A stretch of 64,000 nucleotides of DNA, from positions 62,001-126,000 of the forward strand of contig JAQGDQ010000275.1 in the NCBI GenBank assembly GCA_030141605.1. Direction: 5' to 3'. Below, in pieces: positions 37,411 to 52,900 of this stretch (positions are counted from its first letter, which is position 1; each line of letters begins with the position of its first letter). Position numbers and translations under genes: made by a program. Source of the stretch: Tubiluchus corallicola (taxonomy: Eukaryota > Animalia > Priapulida). Under the pieces are notes generated by a model. That model saw only the letters and a list, made by a program, of their open reading frames with translations, was not told the DNA's origin and made no database searches.

Positions 37411-37951
37411 ATAAAGAAACAAGATACTGGAAACGTTAGCAGCAACAAAAATAGTACTTTTTCATCGTTTTAGATTTGTGAACTGGTCCCTAGTCTGGTC
37501 CTAGTAACAACTTTATTAAAAAAAAAAACTACACAAATAGACAATGACAGCATTAATGAATATAATAGTAGAATAACTAGTTATAGCTAATATTCGCTGA
37601 AGTGTACGTTGTTTCTATATCAACTTATTTATATAAATATTTCTACTTCTCCAAGGTTTATAAATCAGAATAAAACTGTCTGACATATTGTGCTAGTTTT
37701 CTAGGGGTGTCTTTGTGAAACCATAAACGACCTTGTTTGGTTAGTAGCAGTATGGTCCTGGATAAGCGAAGCCCAGTGTCGTCACTTGTCCAGCGCAACA
37801 TCTTTGCCTTGACAAATCATATGTCTGAAACACGATGTTTAAAACCGCCATTACAAAGTTAGGTAAAATGCATTGTGTTTTTTGTTTTGCTAGTAATTAT
37901 TTAAATGCTTTTCAAAGCATTTGGATTCCGTTGTCTGTATTTGGATGTTGC

Positions 37952-40900
37952 CTATTCCGTGGCGCCACATTTGATCTCCACATTGGCATGCTGCGGTACA
38001 GGCGCAGAGTGTGGTAGTAATGGCACCTGACCACACCGTTGAGAACCATTCTTACATATTTTTAAAGGTAAGTTGATCCTTGGGTTGACCGGCAGACTTC
38101 GACGATCATGACGGTTCACCCATTTATTGTTTACAATTGTGCTTGTTTTTTTCTGATATAACAAGGTCTTATACGTTTTGCTAACTAGATTTTATATTGA
38201 TTTTTTGACTTAAACTTTTAAGGCTTTTCTTTATTTTAGGCTTAGTAAAATCTGTTTGTAAAGAGCAACTGAGTATTTTTATATATTTTTGGGGCGTTAT
38301 ATAAATTTTATGAAACACCAATAACAACAACAACAACAACAACAATAAAAATAATAATAATAATATCGCTGCACTTACCTTGTGCGATATGATCCGACAC
38401 CTATTATCAAAAATTAAAAATAACACGTTAATAAATTCAGAGAGAGTGATATCAGTACCTGCCAGTCGTGGCAACACCTCAAATTTGGATTATCTGCAAT
38501 GGTGTAGACGTCACCGGCACAGCAAAACTGATTGTTTGGATCAAACAACTGCAAACCACAACATTTGATAAAGTTACTACCTTGCTTCTCTGTTACCTGC
38601 CCGCCACAACACACCTGCAGCAAAAAATGACAATTTATTTATTAAGGATTATCGAGAATATCTGAATTGCGATCTACATTTTTTCAATATATCTTTAGAG
38701 TACAAATGCAAGGATTAGACTTTAAATAGAGTGAAAAATTCAACTTATCGATTTTAAAGACATGTTAATAAAATGACTTGATTTTTGGTAATTTGATTAA
38801 CTTGATTCATTTCACCCTATTGGAAATAATTGGCTCATTTTGACACAAGCTAAAACCTTTGAGAGACTAAAATATCCTGCTACCAGAGTCTCCTTTTTAC
38901 TGCTATCATTACTGATATCCTAATGATGTCTCACTTTGTCGCAGATGCGAGCATTTAATTTACAGTTTATTGTTAATTTTGATTTATAGTTTTAAACTTT
39001 AGTTTTTCATTACCACTAAGTCAGTGCTGACATCTGTTTGTACACGTTTACAATATATGTATGTACTTGCTACTGCTGAATGTTTGTATGGAACTGGATT
39101 ACTGGGGCTTTGTGAATGTAGTAGTTTTTCACATTTGAGGGCAAGATTAGAGGACAAGCAATAGGCTTAAACAGTGGTTTGGTTATAATAACGTTTTGAC
39201 TCAGGTGCTACGACATATTGGCTGATGCATTTACTTATGTGTGTATATGTGTACTGACTATGAGACTATGATTTTGAGTAAAATACAGATCGCCAAGTTA
39301 AATCATGTTTTCATCCAGTTTTTTCATCTGTTTTCATCGCAACTACAAAAACAGTCTGATAAACCTGCCAATGTCGATTGCTGGTTCTCCCCAAAACGTC
39401 TCAGCGACAACTTTAGCGCCACGACACACTTTGGCACAAGCTAAAACGTTTAACAGCTAAATATCCTGCTACCAGGGCCTGTTTTTTTCAGTGATGAAGC
39501 TACTAATATCACCATTTTGAACATTTGGTTGTTAGTGATTGTGCACTGTTTGGATGAGTTGTTGGACCTCGGACAGATTGGACCCAAAAGGCCCGCGAGA
39601 CTCTGAGACCCTACAAAAGGTATTTGGGGAGAAGGGTGCCAAACCCTTTGAGGTTATGGAGTTTGAAACATTTTTGTATTTACCATTTTACATGTAGAAA
39701 GTCGTAAATACAAACACATTAAGTTTCTGCCATACACACTGTATTCCTAGCATGGATAAAATGCGTACGCGCTTTCAGAATTTTTTGGTAATCCAAGAAA
39801 AAGGGGTCAACTGTGAAAAGGCCCTAGGACCTCAAACCTCAAAGGCCTCTGTTTACTGGATTATCCGGATGTCATACCCTGTGGAACCCAGGAACTTATG
39901 ATATCTGCTGCAAGCTTTACCATTTGAACTATCGATTCAACACACCAGAATAGGTCTCACCTTAATAGTGGACACATCAATCACAACGAAATTCCGTCTT
40001 ACCTGTGTATTTATATTGTAAGTCCTTCCATTACAACAGCTTTCATTTGTCAGGGAATACGCCTGAGCTCCACAACATCCTAGGGGATAGGCACCTTGAG
40101 GATAATCAGTTCGGTTATACAGTGTATCCTGGCAGCAGAACTGGGCAGCGGGGTCATATGTTGTCCCTCCACAACATCCAGTATTGTAGCCAAATGCTCT
40201 GCTTACAATCTGCAATGTATGAATGGGCGTCTAGATGTAGTTACGATAAATGGGGAATCAGGTACGAAATGAGAATATAAAATAGCTAAATGGTTTGTGA
40301 CGTAATTATGTCATTCAAATGTGACGTGAAATGATAACGTCTGAATACGGATCACATAAACCATAAGGTACCATACTATGACATGACACTATTTGGCATG
40401 ATGAGGTTGAAATAAAACGTCATGGAATGCAAAGGTAATATTACACAGCATGATATAAGATGATCTGATGTCACATTGAATGATGATGATTAACATTCTT
40501 ATTCTGTCATGAAAAAACATACACGATATGGCATTACAATATGTTGACCTGATATGATATGACATGGGATGGCTGACAAGACTGATATGACATGGGATGA
40601 CACGACATGGTGTGAGATGACATTAGGCGATATAGCATAGTATATTAGCTCAGTTTTGAAGAGGACACCTTTCATCAATTTAACTAACATTAGCTATTTT
40701 TAAATAAGTTATACACTGCAATCTGAAAGAGGATTTTTTTAGAGTCGAGCCTAATCAAGTTCGATGTTCGTGTTGAGACCCTGACTCATTTTCAAGAATA
40801 ATGCTTGTAAAAATGTTTAGCTGACAGCATGGAAGGATTGAGTTTGTAGAGAGCTTGAAGTATATTAGACTGAAATTACGTGCTGGTTCTCTCTGGTGGT

Positions 40901-43900
40901 TGAAACAAAACAATGAAATTGCGTTGAACTGTGAGAACTTTTATTTCTTTTTACATATTATGCTATTATTTGCAGGAAAGAAGACACATGGTGACCATTC
41001 AGCAGCAATGCTCAAGAAGAAGAAAAACCTAACTGGCCTTGGCAGAGCTACCCAAGTCACATGCACCCACTGAGCTTACCTGATGGGCTGGTGAAACTCA
41101 CTAACAATCTACACTACCATATACGAGAAGCTCAGTAGGTACATTTGACGGAGCAGCACTGACCAAGGCCACAACCTGGGCTAAACTTGAGTCAGTTCAA
41201 TAATAAATAATTTTAAATGTGGGTGGCAACACATGTTTAATTATTAGTAGTAGTGATTTAAATTAAGAATCGCAAATGAAAATGTGCGACAGTGCTTTAG
41301 GAAGAGCCACTGAACCAGCAGAGGTGTTTCTGCAATGCTCAGAAGTATATGCATCTTCATGTACGAGGTAAGCAGCCGCGGTATACAAATGATACTGCCT
41401 GAAGCAAGTATCGAACTAAATGTGACACTCACATGAAGCTCGTTGCACTTACCCATTCAGCCATGAAGCTCGCCAAGACGTAACTGTTGATCATTCGAGC
41501 ATTCAAAATCTTTTGTTTCTTGTCTGCCTCTTATATTTATAACTGTATCAGTCGCTTTAGTTAATTTTTCCGTTAGTTTCTATGAGCTCAATATGTTTAA
41601 TACTGGACTTTCATATTAATTATCAATACTCACACGCCATCCCGTTATTTCCGTGATTAACTGTTATTTGTGTATTTGTAAATTTTCTGCTGGTAGTCTT
41701 GTTTCATAATTTGTGTATGTATGTGTGTAGGGCCGATGTACATATGTACTTTGTAGTTTTGAGTGTATGTATGTATTTGATTGCATATTTTGTATATGTA
41801 TATATGTATATACAATATATATTGTATATTGAATTAAAAAAATATCATGTTTTAGTACAAGAGCTATTGGAATTATATGGATGCTTTAAGTGCTGTTTTC
41901 TTTTTCCAAGAGAAACTTTTTACACTACATAAACAGCAGCTTAACTTACGTCGCAACCGCAGCAAATATTAATGCTAGAATCGTACGACTTTGTACCGCA
42001 ACACGCATCACTACTAACGGCGGATGATGCGGCCTCACCGCAGCACATTTGCGTATACGCATCAATCAGTTGCGTACCGCAACATTTGAGCCTGTACGTT
42101 GCAGGATTCCGCACGTCTCTGCAATGAGAAAAAAGTGCAAAAATGTATTTTATAAATTCAAAGAAATCCTTTTTTAATTAAATGAATACTAGTGAAGGTG
42201 ATTTAATTAAAGGACAAGAAAAGGGGTACATGAAGTACGTTTTAGAAAAATCGCCTTAAAAATTATACTACTTTACAGCAATTTTTTGCGTATATCGTAC
42301 TCGCGTTGAAAGGAATTTTTGTTTGTTTTCATTTTAAATCTCCCGCAATACCCACCATTACATGACGTCACTACGCAAACGTAAATCAGGGGAAGAAAAG
42401 GCATGCTAAATTATGTCCCAAAAATTTTCCGTGTAAATCTATATTACTTTGCATTTTGCTTACCTGCTGAAAAGACTTAAGTAACTAGAAATAATAATTT
42501 AAAATATTTGTGCCAGTTGGTAAAATTTAATGTCGCTGACTCATCCTCCAGGGTGCGCCACTGACTAACCAAAAACGTATTTATAACTTTATTGACAAGA
42601 TACAGTAATTTAAAATTTTACTTAGCAACATGTATGCTACGAATGCCCTGATTGCTTTTTCAAACTTCACGCACTGATATCTAAACTTGTTTTAAACGAC
42701 CTACCATTAAAATGGCTGCGCCTAACGGTCATCGCGGGAGCTGAAATTTACACGTTTTCTACAGCATAGTCAGCATTAAAACCGACGCAAGCCCTGCATG
42801 CGAAAAGGCAGTATGTAAGTGGCATAAAATGTGAATACGAATTTTTAAGCTTTATGTAAGTAGAGGGTTTTCTTGTGCTTTAAAATTTGTTCAATGTAGA
42901 AATTGTGATTGTTTATCTAGATTGAATACAGTCAAACCTCGTTACAACGTCCCCTTTATAATCCCCGAAATTTTTAGCAAACAAAATATCTGTATTTGCA
43001 TAGAAATGTATGTATTAATGCAAGCCGTTATAATGCCAAATTCCTTGTAAGGCCAGGTTTTCTTACAGCGGTACGAAGATGTTTGAATGTAAACGAATGT
43101 TTGGGTGAGACCGTTTCTTTTTCTAGAGGGACAAGTTCGTAGTTAGAGTTGTGCATAAATCATCGAAAATTAAAATCTTTCGTCAAGTAGTAGCTAAAGC
43201 TTCCTTGAGCTTTTTTATTTAAAGACCTGGTTTTTCTTTGTGCACGCTAAGTTACTAATGAAGATAACTCATGTCTAACTTAAGAAGAAGCAAATCCAAC
43301 TGAAGTTTTTGGCAAAATTCCAAAAACTTTTTGCTTCACTTCAATTCCAGTTGGCAATTTTTTTTCATAGTTTTAGTCAAAATTGAAAAGTAAGGTTAGT
43401 AATGGTTTAGTCAAATTTGAAGAAAGTTGGCCAACTTGATCTCAAAAACGGCATTCAAGTTAAACTACTGTACTATAACAATCGTTTAAGCAACTGTAAT
43501 TGCATGACCAAAGCTAGTAGTTCATGTAATGCTTTCACTACAAGCAATGCTATGTAATTTAAAGCATCCTGGCAAACCTAGCATGTAATGTTCCTTTGCA
43601 ACAGATGAACAGCAGTGGGTTGTAAGCAGTGCCATTACAACACTCATACACGTCAGGTGAGGCTTTCTGTACGACACTGTAGGAAATGGTCTCATTGCCT
43701 TGAATTCCACTCACAATTTCACAGCACATTTCTTTTGGACTTGTCATCAGCTGTTCCCCACAGCACTGGAAATCTAACAAACCAGAGAGATTGAGAGCTC
43801 AAAAATACTGTCTAATGGATTTCACAAACAAATAAATGAAGGATAGTTTTGCTACCTTGTGTGCTCTTGGTAGGGTGCATTATATTAAGTGGGTTTACCT

Positions 43901-46325
43901 AGCATTCAGAATGCGTATGCGTTGTGTGGATGCGGAATAGATCAAATCGGATTATATTGTTTTCAAAGCACACGTTTATCAGACCTGCGTTATGCGTTAT
44001 TTTTTCTGCATCCATTTCATATTGACTTTTTATTATGCAAATTTTCCGCAGGTGGATTACGTATACGCATTCCAGATGCTAGGGAAACGCCACTTAAGTC
44101 TTTGTTTAAAGCGTAAACCAGCAAAAATGCGTATAAGCTGCAGTTTCAACATAATAATCATCAGTAATTCTTTCCATTCTGTCCTGCTCTTCTAACTCTT
44201 TTCTAAAGCAGTTATTTTGGTTCGGCGACTGAGTGGTTTAGACTACAGATTGCAGACACGCTTAGTGGTTGCAATCTTGAGTTCGAATCAGCAGCTGCCA
44301 ATGTCAGGACATGTTGCGTCAACACATTCATATTCAGCTTGAATGCCGTTGGCTACTTTTATTTAGTTTGATTGCAGTTGATTTGTACAATGCATATTTT
44401 TGTTAATTGTATATCGTTTGTGTTTGTCTCTGGCGTCTCCATATTAAACGCGCATTCTTCCACCAATGACGTCGTTCAACGACTGAAGAAGAGCAGCGCA
44501 TTGTCAGTTTTCGTCAGTAGTAGTAGTATAGTTCACTGACTATAAATACAAAAGTACAATAAGCTTTAACAAAAAATTAGGAAGCTAATTTGTGACATTG
44601 TCACATCAACATTATGTAAGGTGCAGAAATTTGAATAGTTTAACAAATGCGAAGACCACGATGCGCTTACGAAAAGTCACGCAATCCACCAGTTACGTCA
44701 AGCGAATGACGGCTGCCACTGCGTTTTTTTAAAATTTCTGTACATCAGTAGCATTAATTAACTTTATGCTTTACCGACATTTCTTGCAAATTTCTTTGTT
44801 ATATTTTTTAAGTTTAAGTGATAACTGTAAAATAAACCCAACATGCTAAATGATTTTAAGAAGGGAAGAAAATATAAACATTTCTTATAAAAAAACCTGT
44901 AACTAATGTAAAAAGTATGTTACTGTAGGAATCTGCTTACGTTTTCTGAAAGCAGTGCGATGACGAAAACTAAATCCACCAATTTCCCAGGGAAAGAAGG
45001 CGTGTCTAGGAGATGGCAGTGAGCTGACCGTTTCACCACAGCACACTTCTACTGCCGGGTCAAACAAAGTTTTGTCCCCGCAACAACCTTGTTTCAGAGT
45101 ATTGTATCTAGAAAAACGGAAAAGTGTTCGAGTTAATGTGATGGGAATTGAGAAATGAGGTGACAGCAGTCGGGCCGAGTCATGACCTTTTATGGCCCCC
45201 AAGGCTAATGAAATTATGGGGTTCCCCTCAGACGGAGCCACCCTCTAACTGTATTGAATATTTTTTACTTGTGATATATCCCGGAGGCATTTACATAGTT
45301 TGAAGTAAACATACTGCAAATTCTTTACAATAAACTAGATAGTAATAGGTGTCTTTTGATTGAGAGTAAAAATATTATTTAAGAAATACCACTATTTTAC
45401 TATTTATTGGAAACCAAATTTGCATATATTTCAACACAACCGTAGTGAAAAACAATTTTTTTACCAAATGTTCCATAGCTACAGGTCTTTAAGCTTGAAA
45501 GACCCTATAGCCTATACTAGCCTACAATATTAACCGGCCTTGGTCACATGCAATGCATGCCTAGCTTCTTGTTTTTTTAAAAAAAATCTTTCGTCCAAAT
45601 GTAAAAAGTTAATTTGTATTGAACTAAATGATTTTCGTGTATTTTGTCTTTGTTGTCTTTTTTTGTTATACCTATTGAAGTTTAGTATTTAACGCGTTTT
45701 AAAAGCAAAACGCGTCTGTAATTTGTTTCATTTGACAGCATGTTGACACAGTGATAAATATCAAGAGTTAACAATCTCGTTTTTCTCACCTCATGATAAT
45801 TATTTTGCTTATTTGCATAAGTTAATAAAATTCTACGTATAACTTACAGTGTGCCGTTGCAACACGCTGCGCGTTTGCGTATGTCGTACGATTGCGTACC
45901 ACAGGTGCGCAAGTATGGGTTCGTATTGTTGGCCTTATATTTCACTATTCCATTGTCGCAGTATTGTGATGATATAGAAAACGACTCAGTCTTGCAACAG
46001 TCTGTATCAAAATACCTAAACAAAATATATAACACATTGATATATACCTCAAATTCATTCAGTTAATTTGTAACGAAATCCAGAATAATTCTTCTCTGCC
46101 AAAAGAGTTATTAAGAAAACTTTAAAAAAACTCGTTACACTTAAACCTGGAATTTTCTGCTGATGAGTCAGGTGATTTACCAAATTAGCCATTGTACATG
46201 GACTGGAAAGCAACCCGAATTACAATTCCCTTATTTATAATATATACATAAAACACACACACGCGCGCACGCACGCACGCACTCACGCACGCGCGCACGC
46301 ACACACACACATACACACACGAACT

Positions 46326-46395
<70 letters not shown>

Positions 46396-46457
46396 GTCCC
46401 CTTCTCTTCCTCTTACCCCTTCCTCTTCCTCTCCCTCTCTCTGTTTCGTTGTTTCTG

Positions 46458-46544
<87 letters not shown>

Positions 46545-49500
46545 TTCTCTTTCTCTTTTTCACTTCCTCTAAATTTGTAGTCCTTAGGCATGAGTGGGAG
46601 TCCTGACTACTAAGGAAAACGTTTATCGTAAAGCTAGTGAACGACACCTCGATGAATTCTTGATGTTAGTCGAGGTTTAACTTCTTGTAGAGTAACCAAG
46701 CAATGTTTCGTTTGCTTTTCATGCCAATCGTAGAAGCTAGTCTCCTAATTACTGTCTTAGCAACTCCCAATACTAAATAAATAAAGTAATTCATTATTTA
46801 ACTACATTTCACTAGTCTGAAAACACCAAGTGCAAATAACAGACAACTTCTTAGAAGGCATGGTAAACAGTTTACTAATAAAAGTTGGTAAAATTAAAAA
46901 TTGTTGTAAATATTGCAAATTTTTGTACCTGTCAAATATGTTATTATCACAACATATTTGTCTTGTTGAATCAAATGACTGGTTTCCGCAACAGTAAAAG
47001 TGTATCCCACTGGGCACTACAGTACCATTGCAGCACATTTCTGTCTGAGCACAGTATCCCACCCCTCCACAACAATGGGACAGCCCGGTGTTGTTCACTG
47101 GCACCCCTGCACAACATAGCTCAGTCGCTGTGTTTACTGTACAATCTGTAACAACAAGTTGATTCCATATTAGGACCCATTCAACGAGCAGTCCTATAAA
47201 TTTGCCTAACTCGAATATTTTACATTTGACTGACCATAGATGGCGCTGCACTGCGATATTGGATTATTTATTTTATTTTCCGAACACACACGTTATAGTA
47301 TCAGGATGTTATTTGAAAACAGGCGTACTAAGTGATAATAATACCTAGTATGGAAAAGCATTAATTTTGTAGAATGATTGCTTTTTCTATTATAATGCTT
47401 ACGTGTAGTATTCCTTTAACTAAACTCTTTCACTTCTGCCAGCTAGAGTCTCGTCTAAGTCAATTATGATACGAAATTGGTTGTTTCAAGCTACCTTTTT
47501 TACAGCTTAGAATTTATTTAATTTAGAAGAGCTATTTAGTTTAAACAATTAAAATAACTCCGCTTTTGACCAAGACCAGTTGTTGCTGTAAAGAGCACCA
47601 CGACGCATGCTCTCTTTGAGATTTTATAGCCAATTTTCAGGGAACTCAATGACAGCAACAAATACCCAAAACCGAATGGTCTCATTGCCCACAATTTGGT
47701 TAGGCAAAAATGTTTAAACAATAGTATGCCTGAGTTCGTCATTAATTGATATAAAACACATTTTAGTAAAACATAAGCAATACAAAAATTTTGCCTGGTG
47801 GAGTCTTGAAAAAATCTGCCTGGACCTATCAGAGTGGACCAGCGTTATTCATTTAGATGCTTTATGGTTTCACGAACTTAATGAAAAATGCTAAATATAC
47901 TGATGATACGACACTGATTGAAACTGGTGACAGGCCTCACTACCAACTTTTTAAATTTGCCAAACATGAAACTGCTGTTTACCCGTGCAAGTGAATGAAG
48001 AGATTAATGAGCGCATTCGTTGTACGAAATCACTGTGAATTATGATGCAGGATAATATAGAATGGGTTGCTGGTGTCACCAAAAATCTTTTGATTGACGA
48101 AGCGACTGTATTCTTTGTGGCAACTACAAAGAAGAGTTCTGAATCGAGTTGAGCTAACCAAAGTTTACATTATTTGTAGTATCGGTTACAGAGCAAGCGG
48201 GAATGGTATAACAAAAGAGCATGCTCATACCACAGAACCAATTCAAAAACATGCATGTCCTTATTGTTTTACGAAAAAGCAGTGATTTTTCTCTACATTC
48301 TCACACTAGAATTTCGACGTCAAAACCAGTACAAAAATTTCTTTGACGCTTTAAACCGGACACGTAAACTACATCATCTCTTCCCTAACAGGAGAACAAA
48401 CGTTTACAACATTCTGCAATCAAAATATTTAGTGTTACCTCGGTACAAAACTTCCCGTTATAAACACAGTTGTGTTCCATGGTTCATATACAGTCTAACA
48501 TAAATAATTTTTTGTCTTCTCCGTCCTCTCTTTACACCTTTTAAATCTATTTCTTGTTTTAATGAAATTCCTGTCTCTGTATATTTGAGTGGTTATATTT
48601 TATACAATGTTGCTTTTACTTTTTCCTGGTTTTTGTCTTTATATGACAAATTTGTTGATGAAATTTTATGATTTTGTCGTTTTTAATCTCTTAACTGATT
48701 GCAATGATTGCAAGTCTTAATCTATCATAATTATGTAATTTTACTTTACTAGTTAATTTTTATGTATTTTATGTTATTTATTTTAACACTTTAATTTATT
48801 TACACGTGTATGTGTGTTTATATTGTAGTAATCATGTATTCTGCATCTTAGCTGCAGTATTACATTCTATACATTGTCGTATTTTACGATGTTTTAACAG
48901 ACATATAAGTCTATTGACTTTCGTTCATAGATGTATTACATAAAAAATAAAAAAAAGATAAAATTCTAATCTAAAGTTTCGTAGATTATAATCTCGTCAT
49001 AATCTGTCTATGTTCGAATCAGTATTATTCCAATTCAGTATTTTCTATAGCGTGTTTTGAATTATTAAACTCCCCCTGTAAACGAAAATATAGCAAAGAT
49101 AGTGTTACGACTAGTTTTAACAAAGGGGTCTCACTCTACTCCTCATTTTCAAACCACGCTAATGGGGTGTTACACCTCGTTGTGCCTTCATCGGTGTCCG
49201 GTAACAAACAGCACAGCTCGTTGTAACAATATGTAGCGACTGAATAATGAAGCCAATAAAATTCCAAATGAATCCCGTTATAAAGGTGAATTTCGACCAT
49301 CTTTGTAGGAGAGCGTCTTCAACTTGTATGTGTATTCAACTTGCTGGATTTGTCTATTGGTGAGTTTTAATAATCCTTCACCGAGTCGGGTTACTCGTGT
49401 TAAGCTGTTCCCGTAGTTGTGAGCTGCCAGCAAAAGTACAAGATTTGTCATGAAAAATGTCGCTTTCTACGGACTCTGAGGTGAAGTTCCACGGAAAGTT

Positions 49501-49680
49501 TTAGCGGGATGTCGTGGCAACGTATTTTGGTTTTATTCAGTAACATGTTTCATTGACAATGTCTTATTTCCGTCATCACTATTATCGTCTTTATCAACAC
49601 CATAGTCGTCTTTGGTAATTTTGTAAACACAATGATGATGATTATGATGATGATGATGATGATCATCATCATCATCATCA

Positions 49681-49715
<35 letters not shown>

Positions 49716-49915
49716 GTGCTCGTCATCGTCATATTCGTCGTCATCATCATCATCATTATCATCATCACGATCATCATAACAGCAGAAGCAACAACAAGCA
49801 ACAACGTCGTCGGTGTTATCATTACCATCATCACCATCATCATCATTACCTACACCATTATCATCATCGTCATTATCATCATTATCATCAACAAAAACAA
49901 CAGTAACAGCAACAG

Positions 49916-49947
<32 letters not shown>

Positions 49948-49950
49948 ACA

Positions 49951-49981
<31 letters not shown>

Positions 49982-52900
49982 TAAATAACAACAGCAACAG
50001 CAACAGCAACAACAACAGCAGCAGCAGCAACTGCAACAGCAACAACAGCAACAACAAGTGCATCACCATCACTATCACCATCAAAAACAATCGGCATCAC
50101 CATTGTCACCTTTACAGTCATCACTACTGCCGCTACAACCTTTACCATCACAATCCATCGTCATGTTAGTACTTCGTCAATGTCGTCGTCGTCATCATCA
50201 TTATCATCATGATCGATGAGTAAACCCGCAGATAAATATAACTTGAGTTGCGTTAAAGCTTTTTCTCGAAATTCAGATTACACAACTTATTACCCCTTGC
50301 GTAGATCCACCCTGTGCCACTCTAATGCATGACTGATATTTCCACTGAGTTAAAATCGATTCTTACAAGAAGCGGCTGGTTTATTATAGGGGGAATTCAT
50401 CATCCACGTCTTTTGAAACTTTTTCACCTTTCAGAGAAAAATTTGCCCAATAAACTTGAAGGCGGTCGAGGAGTTTATTTGATGCGCAATTAATTTCCCA
50501 ACAACCGCATTGCATGTCATAGTTCAAAGTAAGAACTTTACAATACGCCGCGGGCGGTGATGCTTAAGATGATGTTGATGGCGATGATGAAAGAGACGAC
50601 TATTGTTTTTTTGAAAGGATTTCTCTTTGTCACATTTTTGTGATAGAAATCTCAAATCAAAGTTTTATTTGTGGGCTTAATAAACTGTTTGTCTGTTTGA
50701 TAAAATCCTGTTGCAAGCGCTGACTTGCAAAGCTTTCGCATTTTTTATGGTGTGAAAGTCAAAACTACTTTTCAGAACTGGTCATTTATCAGAAGGGCTA
50801 CCTCAATGACACCTGCAGCAATGAGGAGATATTATCGCAAGTGACGAAGGACATTAGCCGCCATTTTTCATCACGTGACATAGCGGATTTTGTCTTTAAG
50901 CTCCTCACGAGACAGACGTAGAGAATGAGTTTCACCTCAGAATATGACAGGCAATTTTGATATACTGAGTTAGTTCAGTTGTGTTTCAATTTAGTTTAAA
51001 TTACTCCAGAAGCTGCTAGGTGGAAAAGTTACCTGCGTGGTTGCGTTGTTACGTCACGGGAATTCCCAAAAGCAAAAACTTGTCATGGGATCTAATTAAA
51101 AAATTGCACCTGATCACACCCTCTAAGGTAAACAGGTGCAATGACATAATGAAGGCGCAACGCTCGTCCACTTGGCAGTTGAAAGATTTCCGCATGCGGC
51201 AGTTTAAAGATTCTCAAAAAATGGTTAGTTTGTTGATATTATTAAATTCTGAAGCCAAACTTGTCCGAAAGAAAGAGAATGTGAAAAAGTTGAAACAAAG
51301 TATGGATTCCAGCGACGGAGTTCTTGCTAACAAGACGAATGGTATTGTCACTGCTACAGTGGCCTTGGGGGAGGGGGGGTGCTAATTCAATCCTTGTAAA
51401 ATCGTAAATCAAGCAGATTCAAATCCAAAATTTCTCTCGTCCACCTTTCAAAAAAATTTGGGTTTTGAAATTTAAGAAATGTTCGTTCCATCATCATATG
51501 TGACAAAACCTGTTTAGTATGAGGAAGATTACATTTAGAAAAGGGCAAAATCAGAGCAAAATGGGTGGTAGGCGCAGACGGAGTTTTTCTACCTGCTGGG
51601 TTTATCCTAGGGAAACCTATTTGTGAAAACCACACCAAACTTTGCTGTCTAAACAGAGAAAGGTTTAGCAAGCACGTGCAATTTCCATAGAAAATGAAGT
51701 AGAATGATAGACAAGCAAGAAGACGATTGTAAAATATTTACCTATAAGCCAAATGATATCCTGTTGAACAAGGTTTAAAAATCAGTAGAACGCAAGAGAA
51801 CACCAATGTATACTATTATATATAACAGGTTTATAGTGACGAATTTTATAAAAGTTGAAATGAATAGTATAAAGGTAAAATTAAAGCGTCAGACCAAACA
51901 TGTAGTAAATACTATCTCAGGAAGATTAATCCTCGATTATCGATCGATGCTTTGTCTACTACAAAACTTTGTTTGTCATAAAACATAGCTTGCCATGGCT
52001 TCGAGTATGAGATTGCCATGTCATCTTTTAAAAGTGGAAACAGGTAGATAGAGTAGAATCCCACATTTAAAGCACTTGTATACCTGGCAGAGATATGCAA
52101 AATGAGGAACATGTATTGTTAGAATGTCAACTTGCTGAACATTTTACAAACCAATCCTTTAATAATAATTTTTTTGATTTAATGAATTCAACAAATAACT
52201 TTTCGTCGTTTTCGAACAAAGTTTTAAAGTTATTCAAATAATAAAGTAGATAAAATTAGTTTACGCGCATTCTAACTCTATAGTTTACAAGATTGACATT
52301 TATTCAAAGACATTAAGATTGTTAATTTTATGGTGTGTTTTCCCTGTGTTGATATCAATAAATAAACTGGTAAAGTTTACAATTTCCCACACATAAAAAA
52401 TTTGTTCTTGAAGCGTATTAGGGTCAGCGTGGGGTTAGGATTTGAGTTAAGGTTAGAGTTAGGATTAGGGTATTTAAATTGTGTGGGGAATTGTAAACTC
52501 CGTTCAATAAATTAACTAACTATAGAAGCTACGTGCCACAGAATTCTTAGTCAACCCAATACAGTTGTGTTCAAATTTTGTTTTTTCAATCAGAGACCAC
52601 TACTACTACCTGAACCTGCTGTACAAACTGTTTCTCCCTGAAAATCAACGTTTGTATTGAGAAGTGAGATTCAATGTTCAGCAAAACCTGCATAAGATGC
52701 GTATTAGTTACACTCAATGTCTCGAAGAAACTAAACGCGTTCTGAACAAATTCTTCGTTCGACTTGACTTTTCTTTCTAATTCTCATTCACTTTATCACT
52801 TCAGTTATGGCTTTGTTATAATGCCCTGAGTGATTTATCGGTTTCTTATTTGAGCTTGTATGAGGGCGTCTCTCTCAGGTGTATAATAACATCAGAAACG

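Noticed and set aside
44218-44302. Functional tRNA gene (also tRNA-like pieces at ~7730 and ~36745)
   Set aside because: Only A/B-box remnants; stems are not intact, consistent with SINE heads.
49533-50169. Acidic, His-rich or poly-Cys ORFs as biomineral proteins
   Set aside because: Compound trinucleotide repeat open in most frames, inside an intron of the galaxin-like gene.
51020-51671. ORF remnants possibly from a transposase or THAP gene
   Set aside because: No recognisable catalytic or zinc-binding motif; interrupted by stops.
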